Below are positions 48,528-61,300 of a stretch of DNA of 64,000 bases, one piece after another. Within the stretch, counting starts at the first letter, position 1. Every line of letters begins with the position of its first letter. The DNA is taken from NCBI GenBank assembly GCA_043228905.1, contig JBHGNT010000018.1, positions 13,082,001 to 13,146,000 of the forward strand, given 5' to 3'. The notes beneath the pieces are model-generated. The model had not been told where the DNA came from. It worked only from the letters and a program-made list of their open reading frames with translations, and did not search any database. The stretch is from Azolla caroliniana (lineage: Eukaryota; Plantae; Polypodiophyta). A program made the position numbers and the translations under genes.

Positions 48528-51001
48528 ATGTCTCTAATTTCTGATGACATCTACTGGTATTGCCTTCCCGTTCTTCTCGTCTGCCTTACTTACGCACTCT
48601 TTCACTACAATTCATCTTCTTCATCATCTTCTTCCATGGCAGCTCGGAGCATATACGACATCTCTGTCAAGGTGCGTGCATTGCATTCCTCTCCTCATTT
48701 TTTGTATTTGATCTTTTTCTTTCTGATCCTCTTTGGTAGATGCGTTTCTCTCTAAATTTTCTATTTGACTTGTGATTCTCTGTAAGATCTTTTATCATGT
48801 TTCTCTGTTATGCAAAGTATTTATTACGATTACCTGTGTTAGAAGATCTTTATCGTAACTCTCTGTGCGGCAAGATTTTTGTCACGATTCTCTATGTTAC
48901 AACATCTTTGTCACGTTTCTCTGTGTTGGATGATCTTTATCATTATCCTTCTTTATGAAAAAGCTTTTGTTTTAGTCATTATTTTGTCTTTTCAGTTTGA
49001 TATCTGTGCTTTTCCTTGTTCCCATACGATTGATCCTCTGTTAGAGTAGTCTTTAGATCATCTTTTATCTGTGTAACATTTCTGTTTCTTAGGTCTGGAT
49101 TTATCCGCATTATCTGTGGAAATACATGTGCAGACACACTTTCCTATCAAACTATGTGTGAAGTTACTGTTTAGCCATACCTTCATCTAACTGTGTACTC
49201 AATTTTCCTATGCAGTACAATTTGCTTATGTTTAGTCACAACCTCATTTCCACTGTCTGTGAAAATCATGCACATAGATTCAATTTGCCGTGCATTTAAA
49301 TTATAATATTTTCTGGTGTTTTTGTATTTCTCTAGATTGTGAGTGAAAATGAATGTATGTATTACAATTTCCCTCTGTTTAGCCTTGGCTTAATCTCCAC
49401 TGTCCGTGGAAATGCATGAATACATGTTTAATTTCCCATGTTTAATTGTGAAAGTTTCTGCTTAGCCATGTCTCTTTCTGCTTTGTGAGTGCACAATTGT
49501 ATGCTTATATACATCTTCTTTCAGCTATATTTCTGAATGTTTAAATAGAATTTCTTTCAGTTATGATTCTGATTTATTGCCACTATTTTTCTCTTATTCT
49601 CAGGATGTCAAAGGAGAAGATGTGAGCTTAAATGCGTATAAAGGCAAAGTTCTTCTAATCGTGAATGTTGCATCTCAATGGTAGGAAGGCTCAACTTTTC
49701 TTGCATCACATTTTTTCTTGAGCATATGTCTTTAAATATATTTCTGTTTTTTTGTAGTGGATACACTGATTCTAACTACAAATATCTCACTGAATTCTAC
49801 AGCAAATACAAGGATTCAGGTATTCTTTTAGTGTTTCTCCACATGGTACATTTTAAATTCTGAGTGCACGATATACGTTATCTATTCCTACTTCGTGTAT
49901 AATAGAAAAATTTGGGAGTCCTTTGAAATTTATTGGTTACATATAACCAAAGTTTAATTGAGGTCCACTAGGATATGTGTGTGGTGTTAATCTGTGGAAG
50001 TCAACAGGAGACTGATTTTGAGCAAGGTGAAGACTGCTAGTGTGATCTCCATAGATAATGATAAATCTTGGTCTTTTCCCCTTGAAAATCATTACTGGAT
50101 TTAGGTTCTATTGTTTTTGTATTTTGATTAGAGAGAAGATATTTTAATGTTAATGCCAGAAACTTAGGTCTCTTCAATGGAACATAATACTGAATTTAGA
50201 TCTATCAGGATTTAGACACGGCCTTTTTCATAATTTTTATTAGAGCAGAGAACCAAGATAGTTTTGTCTGTGTTGCACAGGTTTGGAGATATTGGCATTT
50301 CCTTGCAATCAATTTTTAAAGCAAGAACCAGGGTCCAATGAAGAAATCCAGCAATTTGCTTGCACAAGATATAAATCTGAGTTTCCGATCTTTGACAAGG
50401 TATGTCAGAAGCTTTTGTTTAGTTTTTTCCATGTCAAATATTTTACCATCAAGATAAAAATAAGGAACCTCCTGGACGTCAAATTATAAATGGCTGAGTA
50501 AATCTACTGGCTATAAACCCTCAAAGTATGCAAATTTGAGTTAACATCTTTCAATCCAATTTTTGGCCAATCTTTTGAGAACATGTTCACAAACTATAAA
50601 ATTCAAAGAATTTCCCCTACGTTTTCACCTGATTTTCATTTAATCATTGATCTCAATTATATGCTTGTTTATAATTACTCAACCTTATCTGTTTTCTGAA
50701 AGTCTATGTAGGTTAATGTGAATGGCAAAAATGCGTCTCCACTCTACAAGTTTTTGAAGAAGGCAAAGGGTGGATGGTTCTTCGGAAACTTTATCAAGTG
50801 GAACTTCTCCAAGTTCATTGTAAATAAAGATGGCATTGTTGTTGCACGATATGGCCCAAGCACACCCCCTTCTAAGATTGAGGCAAGCTATTCTGTGCCC
50901 CTTCCAAAACGAGTTTTAATCATGTGGCCGCATCACACCTTACCTTTGTATCTATCCTCTTTTTGCAGAAAATTATTAAGAAACTTGTAGAGGCTCATTG
51001 A
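48528..51001 (+). CDS. GPX: Glutathione peroxidase-like protein (Cys type, 201 aa). Exons 48528-48671, 49604-49680, 49758-49819, 50281-50399, 50712-50882, 50969-51001
   Basis: [28 protein letters not shown] and KWNFSKF motifs; 77/62/119-nt internal exons typical of plant GPX; spliced frame open, 606 nt; (GA)n upstream. Confidence 0.95.
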
Positions 51002-52699
51002 TTCTTGATTCGAAATGGATCTGGAATATTTAATCTCATTGGACGTGGATTGTGGAAATGGCTTTGTTTGTTGTACATGCAGATAGCACTCTTCTATTCA
51101 CTAAAAAGAGGTATATTTTTTAGTTCTTAAATATCAAGAACCTTTTAGGTGTCGCTTAATTTTTGAATTGGCTGAAACATGCATAGCCTTTTGCATGCTG
51201 GATCTGCAACATTTCAATTCATAGATCAGAAACAACTTTGTTTGTAACACTATCTTCTATTCATTTTACAATTTATGGACATTTGGTTCAATATGAAGAA
51301 ACTTTTAGGTACGCATAAATTTGGAACTTTGTGACTTCTAGCAACTATTAACTTCATTTGAGATAGTTATTTTAAGGTAACCACAACCATTTGCGTTCAA
51401 TGATTCAAAGGAAAAAAATTCAATCCTTACGATTAAGAATAGAAAATGTATGTAATCTTCTTGAGTATGTTCTCATACCATGTAATTTATGTATGTGTTT
51501 GAATTGAATAACCATGTAATTGGTAAAGTTGTATTTTGTTTCAAGTCTATTTGTTCATCTGAACTTTCTGTGAGCTCAAATCAGTTAATGTGATATGGTG
51601 AAATTAGGCAAATGTTACAGCCTAATGAGGTTTGTGAATTGATCACAACCATTGATTGCACAGTATTTGTACATCTTGTAATTAATCATCAAGCTAAATT
51701 ACCTCACCATATGATTTTATTGGTCGAAGATTGCACAAGTGTGTTACAAACATTTCAAATGCTAAGCAAAGAAAATTGTTGTGATGAACACATAACATTT
51801 ATTCATCCTAATCAATGATCTTTTCCACTCCGTAGTAATTCTGTAAGCATCCTATATACAAATTTATTGACTCAATAAATTTTTGGAGAGATGGTATATA
51901 CATATTTTCAGGTTCACAAAGGCCAGGAAGTAATCCTTAGCAACTGAGTTTGACACTTTAATGCAAGAGAAGTTGCTGTCTGCCATTTTTTATAGAGAAA
52001 GGCAGACTCAAGCATTGCCTTTGAGCATTGAGATTGAGTATTGCATTCTCCTTCAAGCATTGAGCTCGACTATTGATGGTCTTGAGCATTGAGCTCGACC
52101 ATTGGTGATCTTGACCATTGAACTTGGCCAATTGTTTTGAGTATTAAATTTGATTAAACTAGTCTTGAGGATATAAAAAGTACTAAACACATTTTTGGTA
52201 TGGCATTGACATCAAAATCAATGATCAATGATCATGTGTCTAATGCAGTTTGATGGATCAAACTCGGTCTTCTAGAAGGAGCAAATGTAGGATTATCTCA
52301 TCGTGAAAGGATAGATAGATCCAATCAAAATTGAATTGACAAAGGATAGATAGATCCAATCGACATTGAATCGACAATCGACACTTGCCAAATAAAAAGT
52401 AACTGAATGGTCTTAACATGATCGGCCAATCGGAGTGACCATTCAAATGCACCTCTCCAAATGAATGTTCACACACTTGAGTATGACAACCTACAAACTG
52501 TGGAAACATTGTCAAAAACCAATTACAAGAAAACTGCATCAACGTAGATATACCTCATTCGTTGGTTTTACTACCTTTGGATGAAAGAATTGGACCCAAT
52601 TCTTGTCCTATTGAATGGTTATGAGGGCATTGTTTATTGGTTATCAACTAAGAAAATAAAGGTTAAGGAAGAATTACCTACTTTACTCTTGATGAATGT

Positions 52700-55600
52700 T
52701 TTACCTACATTGTAAGAAACATTCATGACAATGGCCTACGGCTCAGGTATGACCAACTTGACTAGTGTCACATATACTACTGCCATCTTATTTGGCTCAA
52801 TGTAAGACATTTGCATATAGTTTAATTGGTGATGCTTGCAATGTGCAAACCTCGATTGATGGGTAGCAACCCAACAAAACTTAGAGCTCCTTCCAAGGCC
52901 TAACCAATTCGAGAAGCTTGAACACATCAAATTTGAATGCCACGCCTTGAAGCTTAAGAACGCTCAACGTAAAATGTTTGCACATAACTTAATTAGTGAT
53001 GCATATGGTGTGCAAATTTCAAATGATCCCCATCAACAAAACAAAGGTTGGAGCTCCATGTGTCGCATGACCAATTTGAAAAGACTAGACACATCAAAAT
53101 TGAATGTAAAGCAAAAAGATCTAGACTATCTACAATTAAGGCAAATGGGTGGAAGAGGTAAACCATGTTGTTTCAACTTCTTTTAGGAACACTAGCTAGT
53201 TGGCTCGCTATTTTGAAAGTGACCAAGGATGATTTGACAATTGACATAAACATCCTTACTCTTGAGAGTGACATTGAAGCAAATGTCCCTGCGTCCTATA
53301 GATGAAGGTAATAATTGGCTTCTTGATTCCGATGCTTGATATTACGTCATTCCTTTCTGTTCCTAATTCTAATTGTATACTACGAGGAAATTCTAGCCAA
53401 TTCAACTCAACAACTCACAACATTGTGCTATGATCAACATTGGAGAGGTGGAACTTAATCTTCTCGGTGGTTCTACTCTATAGTCATACACAACATTCGA
53501 CATGTTAGCCGATGATCATAGTTGGACAACTCAATGAAGCCAAATTTTTAACAAGTTATTAAGCAGGAGGGTAGTAGATCCATAAAGGGAACCTCCTACT
53601 TGCTAGAGAAACCATGGTATATATCTTGTATTCTCTCTATGTTACTTGACGAGATTGTTTTTGGCCGCCCTTCTAGTGTCCTGGTTATGGCCCGGGAGAC
53701 TCGTGCATTTCAACAAGTTGAACATGAAGTGCCTATCCAAGGTTGGTTAAACTCCCCAAATCTCCTATTCTAATCATCAATTTCATTAGCAGTGCCAGTA
53801 TGGCAAACATGTGGCATCATGTCACCAAGCTAGCACATCAAGAGAATCAAAACCTCTAGATTTGGTCTATTTAGACATCTCTATGCTTATGCTGCATTAG
53901 TTTCTTGGTGGTGCCTCATACATCCTCACTTTCATGAATGATGCTACCCAGAAGGTCTGGGTCCATTTGATGAAGATTAAAGACGAAGTCTTTGTCGTCT
54001 TTCCAATTTGGCTTGATATGGTTGAGAACTAGACGGATCAAAAGTTGAAATGCCTATGATCCACTAATGGGGATGGGTAGATCTCTCAACTTCAAGATCA
54101 CCTAAGAGCTTCGAACCAGTAATTGTCAACATGACAAGCTTTGGATCTTCAACTGTGAAGCGTTTGTAGGTGTCTGGAAGAAATCAATGAAAGTATGAAT
54201 CCTCTGCAGGTGTGTGATGGTGTAGCTGTGATAAACAGAGCAAGGAAAATGCAACCTCGGAGACAGATGTAGGGGGCAGTGATATTGTTCTTCATTTGCC
54301 TAGTTGTATGATATTTCTCCTACGAAGTCTCCAAAGAAGCATTAGATGAAATTCAGTCTTTTGAGAAGGTTTCGATTGAAATGGAATTTCTGAAAGATCT
54401 TGAAGATTTGGACGGAACTTTTTCTGATGTAGATCTCAATGAGGATATAAAGTCTTTTGGTCAGCCTACATAAGGCTAAGTCGACACATGTTGAAGAAAA
54501 TAGCTGCCTGGGCATCATGGGAATTTTTGGTGTCTACAAAAGCAGCAGTTGAAGTAGTCCACAGAAATTTTCAGCTAAGTCGAGGACATTAGTATGTGTT
54601 GATTGTTCAATGGAAGAAGTTTAGGATGAATCATACTCAAAGGGGTTTCATTAGACGTTCATTACATATAGATGTCCAATGCCATTCATTTTAGTCTTTC
54701 ACTCTGCGTCTTTGAGCTCTGTTATTGGCGTATCATGACTACAACCTTTATAATGTTTTCAGACTAATAATTTCGTCATGTATGTAGAAATTCTACTAAT
54801 GAAGAATAATGTTTTTTGGAAAAACAAAAACTGTGAATCATTTGCCTTCGTGCCCAAGGTTTTGACGGCAACATCAACTATAGATTGTGGGACCTTGAGA
54901 TCAAAAAAATTGTTCAAATGTTGAATGTTGTCTTCAATGAGTTGACAATGTACAAAGAAATGAAATGAAATGCCCAATGGAACTTCGATGAGTAACCTTT
55001 GGTGACCTGATGAGGAGGGCTAATACCATCATCCCCAAAATCTTACTGTTATTAGCAATACCCATTTTTATGGCAATACTGTGGAACCTTGAGATCAAAC
55101 AAATTGTTCACATGTTGAACATTGTCTTGAATGAGTTGACAATGTACAAAGAAATGAAATGAAATGCCCAATGGAACTTCAATGAGTAACCTTTGGTGAC
55201 CTAATGAGGAGGGCTAATACCATCATCCTCAAAATCCTACTGTTATTAGCAATGCCCATTTTTATGCATTGCCAAAAGAAGTATCTCCCTTGGGTTCCAT
55301 TCGTTGGAAATGTGTTTCGATTTATTTTTGTCTCTAATCAATCAGGTGCTCTATTTCCTTAATGAAGAAGCCAACTACCACTTATTATTCAACTACTACA
55401 CGGGGAACTGCTTGCACCTACGAATGATATCAATACTACCATTTCAAGGATGATGAAAACATAAACTCTAAACCATCCATGTGTTGGAGAGATTGTTTCC
55501 TATTCATAGCCAAATCTATATTCAAGTTTGGGGGATGAAACATGCATCAATGTTTTCTTCCCCCATTGTCCAAATCACGTTATTTCTCTTGATGGCCATG

Positions 55601-55790
55601 TTGGGCTAAAGGTCCCACTCTACCCATTTTTGTCCTAGTGTGAACATGTCCTCACAAATAGGGCTAAGTTACCCTAACTATATATGTGAGAGATTGTGTA
55701 TTGTAAAGGGTTCGATGGTTAATGTAAGATAGTCTCTTTGAGCTTAAACATCTCTCTTTGTGTAACAGGTCCTCAATCATATTCCGCAAC
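52700..55790 (+). mobile_element. Highly degenerate Copia remnant with a 194-bp tandem duplication (54886/55080) and a probable 3' LTR ~55494-55790
   Basis: WLLDS-like protease at ~53316; KPLDLVY..GGASYILTFMNDATQKVWV integrase at ~53850-53970; boundaries approximate. Confidence 0.6.
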
Positions 55791-55829
55791 ATCAACTTAT
55801 CGAATACGGGAAATAATGGACGTATTCAC

Positions 55830-58310
55830 ACTGTTTCGTTTCGACATACTAGGTTTTAGGCTATTTATGTAAATAGTGGAAAGAGTAGTTACCCTAAGTC
55901 AGCTGGTATTTAAACTGACTTTGTAACCTAGTTGTTGTTGTTGTTGTTGATAGTGCCATTCTTGTATTGTAACCTTTGCAATAAGACGGTTACTTTGTGT
56001 GCCTCTCTCTCTCTCTCTCTCTCTCTCTCCTTGATTTTCCTTTAACTTCTTAACTTGGTGATTTTCTTAACATAGATGTTGTTCTTGTTTCCGCACTGAT
56101 GGTCTTAGACTCCAACATCTGGTATCAGAACGAGGTTCCTCAACTTGCTACTGGCCGTCATCTATCTTCAACATCATCCTTGTCCCTGTCATCTTGAAGA
56201 CCCTAAGTTCAGCAACCATCAAGAGAAGAGAAGAAAGACACTAGTTGGTCCACACTCCACTAAGCTATATGACTTCCCATGTAGGCCACTCGGCTATACC
56301 TTGTTTTTGTGATCGCAACTACTCAGAGTGGAACCTACTTCAAACAAGTTTCATTCATGCCTCATTAGGTTAAGCAACATTCGGATAGGCTAGTTGGCGT
56401 TGCCCACTTAAATGTTGTAACCAATCGAAGCAGAATAGGCTTAACATCTTATGTCATTTGTGCTCCATCCGGCTAGAAGAGATTCCGAAAGTCCAGTCAG
56501 CTCTGTCCCTCCCTCTATCGTAGCCACTCTGAAGTAGGACCGTCACTGAAAATGACACACTAACACTATGATTCACACTTTGATCAGTCTATTCCGTGCT
56601 TAACTCGGGTAAGCAACATTCCGGAAGAACAATCGATTCTGTTCCTCTGGTTGCTTTAGTCACTTCAAGCAGGATCGGCAATCAAGTTAAATCGACAATC
56701 CAATCATCATGATTCGTGCTCAATTCGTCTAGGCATCACAAAGGAGAGACCAATTGGTTCTACTCCACACCTAGCCGTAGCCACTTCAAGCATAGTTGAC
56801 GGAACAATCAATTAAGTTTGTGTCCAATTCGGCCAGATCAAATTCAGGTGAACCAACCGGTTGCAGTCTCCTACCGAACGTAGGCACCTCTGTTAAGCGC
56901 TTGGATTGCAACACAACCAGTCATGAATAAGAGCGCATCAACAAGGACATAATATGTGTTGAAGGACCTACGAAGAGGAAACGACAAGAGGAAAAGAGGC
57001 TAAGAGACATCCAAGTGTGAAAGGCCCATACCCTAAATGTGAATGCTATATAAACTACATAGTGGTGGCTTTGTAAGGGTTCTCCCATTTGTAAAGATCT
57101 CCCCATTGATTAAGAGCTAGAGCTTCCTCTCCTCCTTCTTGTAACCTTTAAGCTTAAGAGAGATTAGTGAAGTGTTTAGTTAGAGAACACTAATCTCTCT
57201 TCCTTGTTGGTGCTAGACCTCTTAGCAAAGAGGGTTAATAACATATTCATTACTCTTATTGTCTATATTCATTGCCCTATTGTCTATGAGAGCGAGCTTG
57301 AGAGAGTGAGAGAGATATCGTGCTTAATAATCTATTAATCATTAAGTGAGTGTGAGGCTTGGAGGTGTCCGACAACCATCTTCGCCCGATTCGCCATCAA
57401 AAGGGTATACGTCGGTCCAAACTCCGCAAACGACATCGAGGGGCTAACTCCATTGATACATAGATCGCACACAACGTCTGAATAGAACTTTCTAACTAGT
57501 CGAATCACATCAAAATGGCCTCAACATCCGGCTTGTCAGAGATAAGTCTAAGGAAGTTCGATGGATTGAACTTAAATTTCTGGAAGGAGCAGATACAAAA
57601 CTATCTTATAGTCAAGGGTCAGATTAATCTCATCGAGACCAAAAATGCTCTAGAAGGATACAAGTCGAATGAGTGGATGAAGCTAGAAAGAATTATCTGT
57701 GCTACCATTCGGATGCATTTGTCGGAGTTAGTGTACTTCACAGTGCAATCATGTTCGACTTCCTTCCAACTATGGAAGACATTCTCAAACACTTACGAAA
57801 AGAAGGTCGCCGCAACAAAGATATATCTGATTCGGTGTCTCTACAACCTTCAAATGAAAGAATCCAACTCGGTCCAAGCACACCTCAAGGAGTACGAAAG
57901 CCTAAGCTCCCAAATTTCGTCCCAAGGGACTACAATCGAAGACGAATTAAAAGCAATGCTGCTCATGAGTAGTCTTCGTCCTTCTTAGGAAACTTTCGTC
58001 ACAACTACATGCAATGCGTTGACTGTTGTAGTAAAGTACTCCGAGGTCACAAGCTCAATCTTGATTGAAGCAACTCAAAGGAAATCGTTTGCAAATAATT
58101 TGGCCAATGACGCCTACGTAGTACAAGGTTTGGCCGACCGACCGTACATTTGAGGAAGAAGTTTTTCCCAACCGCCAAACAATGTGCGAAGCTGGAGTAA
58201 GTCCATGGACAATCGAACCTGCAACTACCGTAAGAAAATCTGACTTATCAAGGACGATTGCCGTGCCCTCAAAGTCAAGAATGATAAAGCTCAACGATCT
58301 TATTCAAAAT
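55830..58310 (+). mobile_element. Truncated Copia: LTR ending 56117, tRNA-Met PBS, LTR-like insert ~56957-57373, gag 57515-58290
   Basis: ctccaaca-tc-tggtatcagaac; gag KFDGLNLNFWKEQIQNYL..LYNLQMKE..; CNY..KK knuckle remnant. Confidence 0.7.
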
Positions 58311-61300
58311 TGTGGCTGTGTTAGCTGGTCGACCACCAGGGTCGGAATCCGACATATGTGAAAGGAAGTTGGAGTTGACCAGGTTTGGAGTCGAACGAGT
58401 ATTAAAGTGTTAGAGTCGGATCGAAGACAAGTATCGATGAGTCATAAATTAAATAATAATATTTTGTCAAGTAGAAAAATATATTAGATTTAGTTAGGAC
58501 AGTTTTGTAATAGTTCATGCTGAAGAAGGGCAAGGGTATTCTTGGAAAGAGACTCTCGGTTCCCCTATAAAAGAAGGACCGAGAGCATTGTAAATCTATT
58601 GTTTTATTTTTGAATTAATATAAGTTAGTGGTTAGAGTATCTTTGAATCGACAATAGCTTTGTTCATTTCTATTTTCAGTGTTGATCTCTGATTATTTGT
58701 GCTTACTAAGTAATTATATTAAGACCAGTAGTCGATCACGGTTACTTAGTACCATTTCTGATTACCTGTTACGGGCATGGCCATATAATATCCCGTGGTG
58801 AGAATTTACCGTAGCATTCTATACACGTGGATAAGTGTGAGGGTTAAACAAGGGTGTAAAGAAGGGGAGGATTACTTTTAATCCTCGGGATTGAAACAAC
58901 CCATTAGGCCAAGTGTGAACTTGTCTGGGGGCCTTGTGTATCGTTATAAATAAGAGGCCTAGCTACCCTCATTTCATCATCTTGTTGACTATGTCGAGAC
59001 TCTGTCTTGTGGTGGGTCAACTCTTGTAGCGAGTGCACCAGCACCAGGTACGACTTGACGCCACAACGGTGGTATGGGATGCCGATCGAGGCTCGAGTCC
59101 GTCTCGATCCCTTCGCTCGGGTGTGGTCAGGTGGATCGGCACCCTTCTTTCTCTCTCTCCTTTCTATCTAGATCTATCTTTTATCCTTATTTTATGCTTA
59201 CATTAATTCATGTCTCTAATAGTTGGATTAGAGCCTATGTTCTAATGTTTCTTTTGTTTTCTTTTGTCTTGTTGATTGATGGTGATCGATCGATGTGCGG
59301 TTGGCCTTGATCCAGACAACGATCAACAAAGGAACTTCGGTAACTCTTTTCTTCTTCTTTTTTTTCTATTGTTTTTTCTCCCATCTAATCATGTGTATAG
59401 TCTATATGTAATTGTTTTCATTAATTTAATGATGTTGTAGTGGTAATTAATTGGTTGTATAAAACGTTTACATATGTGAATGACGTCAATACCTCATTTG
59501 ACATATATTTAATATGTGATTAGTGTTGTATACGTACGAGGTTAATACCTCAATTGCGTATTACGCTCACATACATATGTTACGTATGCGTATGAGGTCA
59601 ATAACTCGATTTCGTTATAAATGATATGCGTTTGGTGTCGTATACATATGAGGTCAATACTTCAATTGCGTATTACGATTAACCCTTATTTTTGGATGTT
59701 TCGTGTGCGTAGAGGCTACATGCCTCGATTACGTGTCTCGATTTCATCATATGTTGGCTATTTGATGTTACGATTTTTTTTAATATACGCATATGTGGTC
59801 ACATGTATACGTATTTGATCGTATATATGTGATAAATAAACATATGTGTATATTTGATATTACGTGATCTTTATATCGAATGTTTTCCTTTTCGGGGAAA
59901 GGATCTTGGTGACCGTCCTCACATTTTTGTGAGAATGGCGTTGTCACCATCCCTTTTTTCAACAATTTTTTATTGTTGACATTCCCGTTGGTGATTTCGA
60001 TTTTATTACGTAAAGAAATGTCTATAGCCACAATGATGTTGAGAACGTAGGGCTTGACCCACTTCATGTGAGGTCGCTCCTATGACACACATATCCAACA
60101 TCCCTCCCTCGTTACATGGATACGATGCCACCATGAGATCATTCTTACGAGAGGCATTCGTAATGACGTAACCATGTGATGGGCCACCTGGGCCTACTAC
60201 GAAAAGAGGGCTCATTTGGCTTGACCATTAGGTTGCACTTTGGCATATGCCATCGTAATTATGAGACTTGAGGTTAGGTAATGTACCATCAAAGTTTGTG
60301 GTAAACGAGGGGGAAATAAGGACTCCTGACATATATGTTTCTTTTCAAAAAACATATATGGGCAAATGCCTCACATATCTCTTATACGCATGAAACATTA
60401 AACATTCAAGAAGAGCAACCTACTTGGTTGGCTCAAGTGTTTAATGCATTTGTTCTCGAGGTCTCGAGTTCAAATATGACCAAGACCATACAATTTCGTT
60501 GATACATATGGCTATAACACTTGTTTAGACTTGAGGTCTAAGTGCACTTCGGGGTCCTCATAATAGGACTTAAAGAGTCGAAACCACATACGTGGGCATA
60601 GAAACATAGTTTATTGTTAACATTTCCTTTGTGTATAAACTACTCATGACGCGAACATACATGGTTGAGCCTCGGGGAGCCGCCATGAAAAAATCGATAT
60701 AGAGATTAGGGAAAGACATTAATTTGTCACCCCCATGGTTTTTAAAACACCTTTGTGTTACCAAAGTAACCTGATCTTGAACCTCATCTCATAAGTCTAG
60801 AGGGGTATTGACGTGAGATCATGATATCGATTAATGTTTGTCCATGATATGTTTACATCACGACATGATGTTATGACTATTTGTCTGAGCTTATCCTATT
60901 TCTTTGCCAGAAATAATCATTCAATGGCTCAAAATAACGATCCCATGTCATCCGCTCAAACGGAAGGAACTCAAGGAAATCCTCCTGGACAAATGTCCAT
61001 TGAGATGTATTTTTCGCAAATAACCCAATACCTTAGTTTCACCGCTCAACAGATGACCGAACTTCGGCAATTTCAAAGTGCTCTCGAGGCATGTGTCATT
61101 AGTTTACAACGTGAGACTAATAGACTTGATGAGCGACAATGTGAACCATCTTTTGTCGTTAAGCCATTTACGGGAGAAAAAAAGGAAAGAACCGAAGAAG
61201 CAATCCGCACGTGGCTGGGAGGATGGGAGTCTCATTTTGAGCTCTATCCCACGCCAGATAGTACGAAGATTGCATATGTCGGTCGAGAACTAGGGGGTAA

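Noticed and set aside
49670-49765. Selenocysteine GPX
   Set aside because: The catalytic codon is TG|T (Cys) across intron 2, not TGA.
60430-60485. tRNA gene (A/B-box-like motifs)
   Set aside because: No convincing cloverleaf or acceptor stem; at most a degenerate SINE-like relic in a Gypsy leader.
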